Of a stretch of DNA of 64,000 nucleotides, positions 60,601 to 64,000 are shown piece after piece. Source of the DNA: Lingula anatina (Eukaryota; Animalia; Brachiopoda). The DNA lies in NCBI GenBank assembly GCA_051362555.1, contig CM120643.1, positions 2,852,001 through 2,916,000 of the forward strand. Reading direction: 5' to 3'. Made by a program: the position numbers and the translations under genes. Position 1 is the stretch's first letter; each line of letters opens with the position of its first letter. The notes below the pieces were generated by a model. The model was not told the origin of the DNA, did no database searches, and saw nothing but the letters and a program-made list of their open reading frames with translations.

Positions 60601-63600
60601 CATCTGAATGACGGCTGGACAGTTTAATGGGAAAACATTTGGTGCCCAGGTTCCCTAAGGTTGCTTGTCTCCATGGGTAGATTTGGAGGTCCCATGCTTT
60701 TATTGGTCTGGGTACCTGCTTTAAAATTTTCCAGATCTCTCTCTTTTTTTGGATAGGATTTTCACTCCATTTTAAAGATTAGTCCTTATTATTTTTGAAA
60801 GAGACAGCGTTAAAAGTTGCTAGAAAATGTTTGAAAGGTTCCATAAATGGAGTAATTTCACTTCAGGGAAATGGTTTTTCCTGGTTTCAACTTTCTTTGT
60901 CCTGTCCTATTTATCTTATGAAGCCCAATTCTCATCAATAAATAAGAATTTATAGGAATAAGAATTTATAGAAACTGGAAAGCATGGTACATTTATACAC
61001 TGAGTATTTAGGTAATGCATTCTTGTTAAGATCTAGGTCATTTTGATATAATACCAGTCTATTGTATGGGATTAACCAGTTGTGTAGTACACAATTGTAC
61101 ATTATAATAACATACCTGTGGTCTTATTTCACAACAACAGAGCGGATGTTCAAACAATATCAGGTCATCACGGGTACATACAGCACAATAGTCTGCCGTC
61201 ACTGGAGGAATTCGAAAAGCTCGTTTACATGTGCTTTAGTTTGCGAAACTGATTTGGTTCATTTCTGTATTATTTCATTTGTGTATCTGCATGGTTTAAG
61301 TTTATGAATATCTCCACAATTTGTTTCTCTTGTGAAAATGGTTTGCTTGTAACACCACTGAGGTAAGCATAATTAGATAACAGTAAAAATTGAGGACAGA
61401 GTAAAGAAATCTGTATTAATAGAATCAGAATCACTCTTGGTACGGGTGTGATTGTGCCTCTGTTCTGGATATAGACTTTGTTTTCTTAACTGTTAACTGT
61501 GTGAATTGTTTATTGTGTTGGGCTCACACGGTTGACAATACCCGTGTAAACAGTGTTTTTGGGAGCTATTTCTGTACAAAGTTAGTCTGATGCATTTGTG
61601 ATAGGTCTCTTTCATTTGAGTGTTTTGATCTCCGGTTTGTTAGACATCCCATAAAAATTGTCTGTTGATGATAATTTTGCTTGGGGAGCAAAAAAAAAAA
61701 AAAACTATTCTGGATGAAATGGGCACAAATCGTTTAGCTGTTATTCCTACAGTGTATGTTGTAAAGTTGATGGTGAATATGGTAGCTTGATGTTTTTTCA
61801 AAAGGAAATTATTGGATTTTATTTTTTTTTTAATTCACAGGGGGATTTCATTCTTTGTCTTATACATAATCTATAGGTAACTTGACTTTACAAGTATATT
61901 CATGTCTATATTACGTGTATTATTTGTCATATATAATATTAAAACAGGGCTTTTATCAGGATTGTGGGACAGACCAACAAAATTTTAACTAATAATTTCC
62001 TACAAAATTTCAGGAAGTCAAGCCATCATTTTTCAAAAAAATTCATGAGCTGTTTAGCTGTCTTTGAAAATGTAGGCCATCCAGTGATACTGGCGGCCAT
62101 CCAAATGATGGCTGGATGATTCGCTAAGAAAAGCCTTGCATTAAAACAAATTGTACTTTCTTTGCAATCCTATATATCTAAATATTTGAGGTAGTATCAT
62201 ACACTGTATCATACACACTTCTTTTACAGAACCAAAAGAAGAAATACCAGATTCATCTCAAAAGCCATTCGGGTCCAATATCGGTGCTGTTAGTCAACAA
62301 AGACTCGGAGTCCACGAGTCCAGTCGTAGTCCAGGTACCTCCGCCTAAAGAGGGCGCTCCTCAGCAGCCCAGCCAAAACGAGAACCCTGCCCCGGGGTCA
62401 CCTATGCAGATCAAGAAAGGGGCACAGACAAAGGTGGGTAAAGTATATCTTAAGAAGTGGTGGGTATACCTTTAGAAATATAACAGGGAGTTTTTGTCTG
62501 CATGTTTTTGAGGTTGTGCAAAGACCTAAATGTGTACAGATATTAGTATGACATTGTACGGCAAAAAACAAAAAAAAAAATGAAAAACAAAAAAAAAAAA
62601 AAAAAAAAAAAAAAGAAAGAAAGAAAGAAAGAAAGAACATTATTTTAGTTGTTAGTACCTGTTGGTTGGTGTTTTACCAAAAAGCCTGACTTTACTGACA
62701 ATTTTAATCTACATCAATAGATACGGAAAAGACTTACTGTTAATTTAGTTTTCCGAAACTTAATGAAATATCTTTGCATTCAAATAATAGCATCTCTAAA
62801 TTAAAGCACACGATGAAATAATGAACTTGAATTCTGTTTCATGTCATCACAGCATGAACAAGAAGGATCAAATTATTACCATAGATTGTACCCTTTTTCA
62901 GAACCAGAGTCCACTAACAAAATCTCCGGGCAAGTCTCCGTTGCGGCAGTCACAGCCGCTGGCAGTGCCCATGGATACCACATCGCCTGCCACTCTACCC
63001 GTGACCACGCGCATGGCGACACGATCGTCTCCGCGTAAAGCAGCAGCATCGCAACAAAACGTAGTAGGGTCACAAGGGCAAGGTGAGCTGAAATTTTGTG
63101 GAAGTTTGTACTCTACTACTTCTGTTGTTTAAAATTGCTGGAGTATTTGTGAGTTTTTAATGGAAAGCATTTGAGATAGCCTGAGAAGTTAGGAAGGGTT
63201 TTCTTTTTGGTGATAGCTGTAAAAGTAGGTGTACCAGAATGCATATTAGAAAGCAATATGGAAAAGGACTTACAAATTATGTTGAATTTGTACTGATATG
63301 GAATAGATTCAACAGAACTTAAGAGAGAAAAAAAAAAGGGAAAAGTATCCATGAAATCTCGCTTGATTCCAATCATGGTAACTTATCAAGTGTTCTTAAA
63401 ACATTTTTGTGTAGAATTTCGATGGATTTTTTTTAAAGCAAGTTTACCCCACTGTCATGCATGTATTTTATTCACAGTGATAAATATTAATTTGAACTAC
63501 TAAAGTGTAACATCAAAATTTTTTCTCAGCTGAAAACGTAACAGAACAGGCGGACTCTTCATCACACATGCCAGCAGACATGATATTTGATCCATCAAAA

Positions 63601-63634
63601 GACATAGACATCGATGAACTCATCTCTTCTGAAA
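54066..63634 (+). CDS. E2F4: Transcription factor E2F4/5 (3' partial); exons 54066-54176, 57681-57790, 58907-59068, 59589-59697, (60074-60127 candidate), 62230-62433, 62902-63082, 63530-63634
   Basis: [123 protein letters not shown]. The last exon with the pocket-protein-binding motif lies beyond the window. E2F4 and E2F5 are co-orthologues. Confidence 0.95.
55519..55774. mobile_element. Older family E-related MITE (E2F intron 1)
   Basis: AGGGACCATTCCCA...TATGGGAACCCAGTCTT; shares CAATTTAGCGTGAACCCCCA with family E. Confidence 0.65.
57532..57620. repeat. poly(A) + (AT)n microsatellite
   Basis: Just upstream of E2F exon 2. Confidence 0.9.
58639..58838. mobile_element. Older family E-related MITE (E2F intron 2)
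   Basis: GGGACCATTCCC...CTATCTCCGAGGGGATTCTCGCTAAATTGCA...AGATCGATCCTGCTAG; similar to 21142-21540. Confidence 0.6.
59069..59588 (+). other. U12-type (minor spliceosome) AT-AC intron in E2F4/5
   Basis: 5' ATATCCTTT at 59069, branch site CCTTAAC 59572-59578, terminal AC 59587-88; removal gives in-frame [11 protein letters not shown]. Confidence 0.93.
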
Positions 63635-64000
63635 GTGAGTACTTTTTAAACGTCTCTAAGCTGTTTAAAAATCGTTATCAGTTGGTGTATTAACTGGTGT
63701 TATAGATGTATAGATTATAAACAACAAGTTGAAAATTACAAATCTGGATAAAACTTATAAACGATAAAGAAACTTAACCCAGTCTCATAAATAGATTGGG
63801 GTCATCTTATAAAGTTTAACTTGACTGTGTATTCATTGAACTAGTCTTTTTGAAAGTGAATATGTTTTTAAAGTAAATAAAAAATTCATAGACAGAGAAT
63901 TGCCTTCCGGCAAAACTTTCCAAGACAGACTTATTTTGCAAGTTTTTACCATAAGTTACTATATTATTTATTAGCTTTTAAAGTTGCGCGTACCAAAATG

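Overview
AT-rich, intron-containing animal DNA, probably a marine invertebrate (species not determinable from sequence). I reconstructed seven protein-coding genes by hand from splice signals and reading frames: two tandem family-92-like glycosyltransferases (+; the first has a C-terminal tail of 11 tandem 25/27-aa repeats), a 3-exon divergent Snail/Scratch-superfamily zinc-finger gene (+), a secreted BRICHOS-domain precursor with a dibasic site and a 106-aa, 9-Cys C-terminal peptide (+), an 18-exon RGS22/RGSL1-like gene (+), a BTB-BACK BTBD17-like gene (-), and E2F4/5 (+, runs off the right edge, contains a U12 AT-AC intron). The predicted start codons of BTBD17-like and E2F4/5 lie head-to-head only 87 bp apart. 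Non-coding DNA holds many non-autonomous DNA transposons (two decayed Tc1-like copies, several TWA-target MITE families, a long-TIR element with a 5-bp TSD, a 1.56-kb nested palindrome), a tRNA-like relic and microsatellites. Best novelty candidates are the BRICHOS precursor and the glycosyltransferase repeat tail. No database searches were run; family calls rest on recognised motifs.
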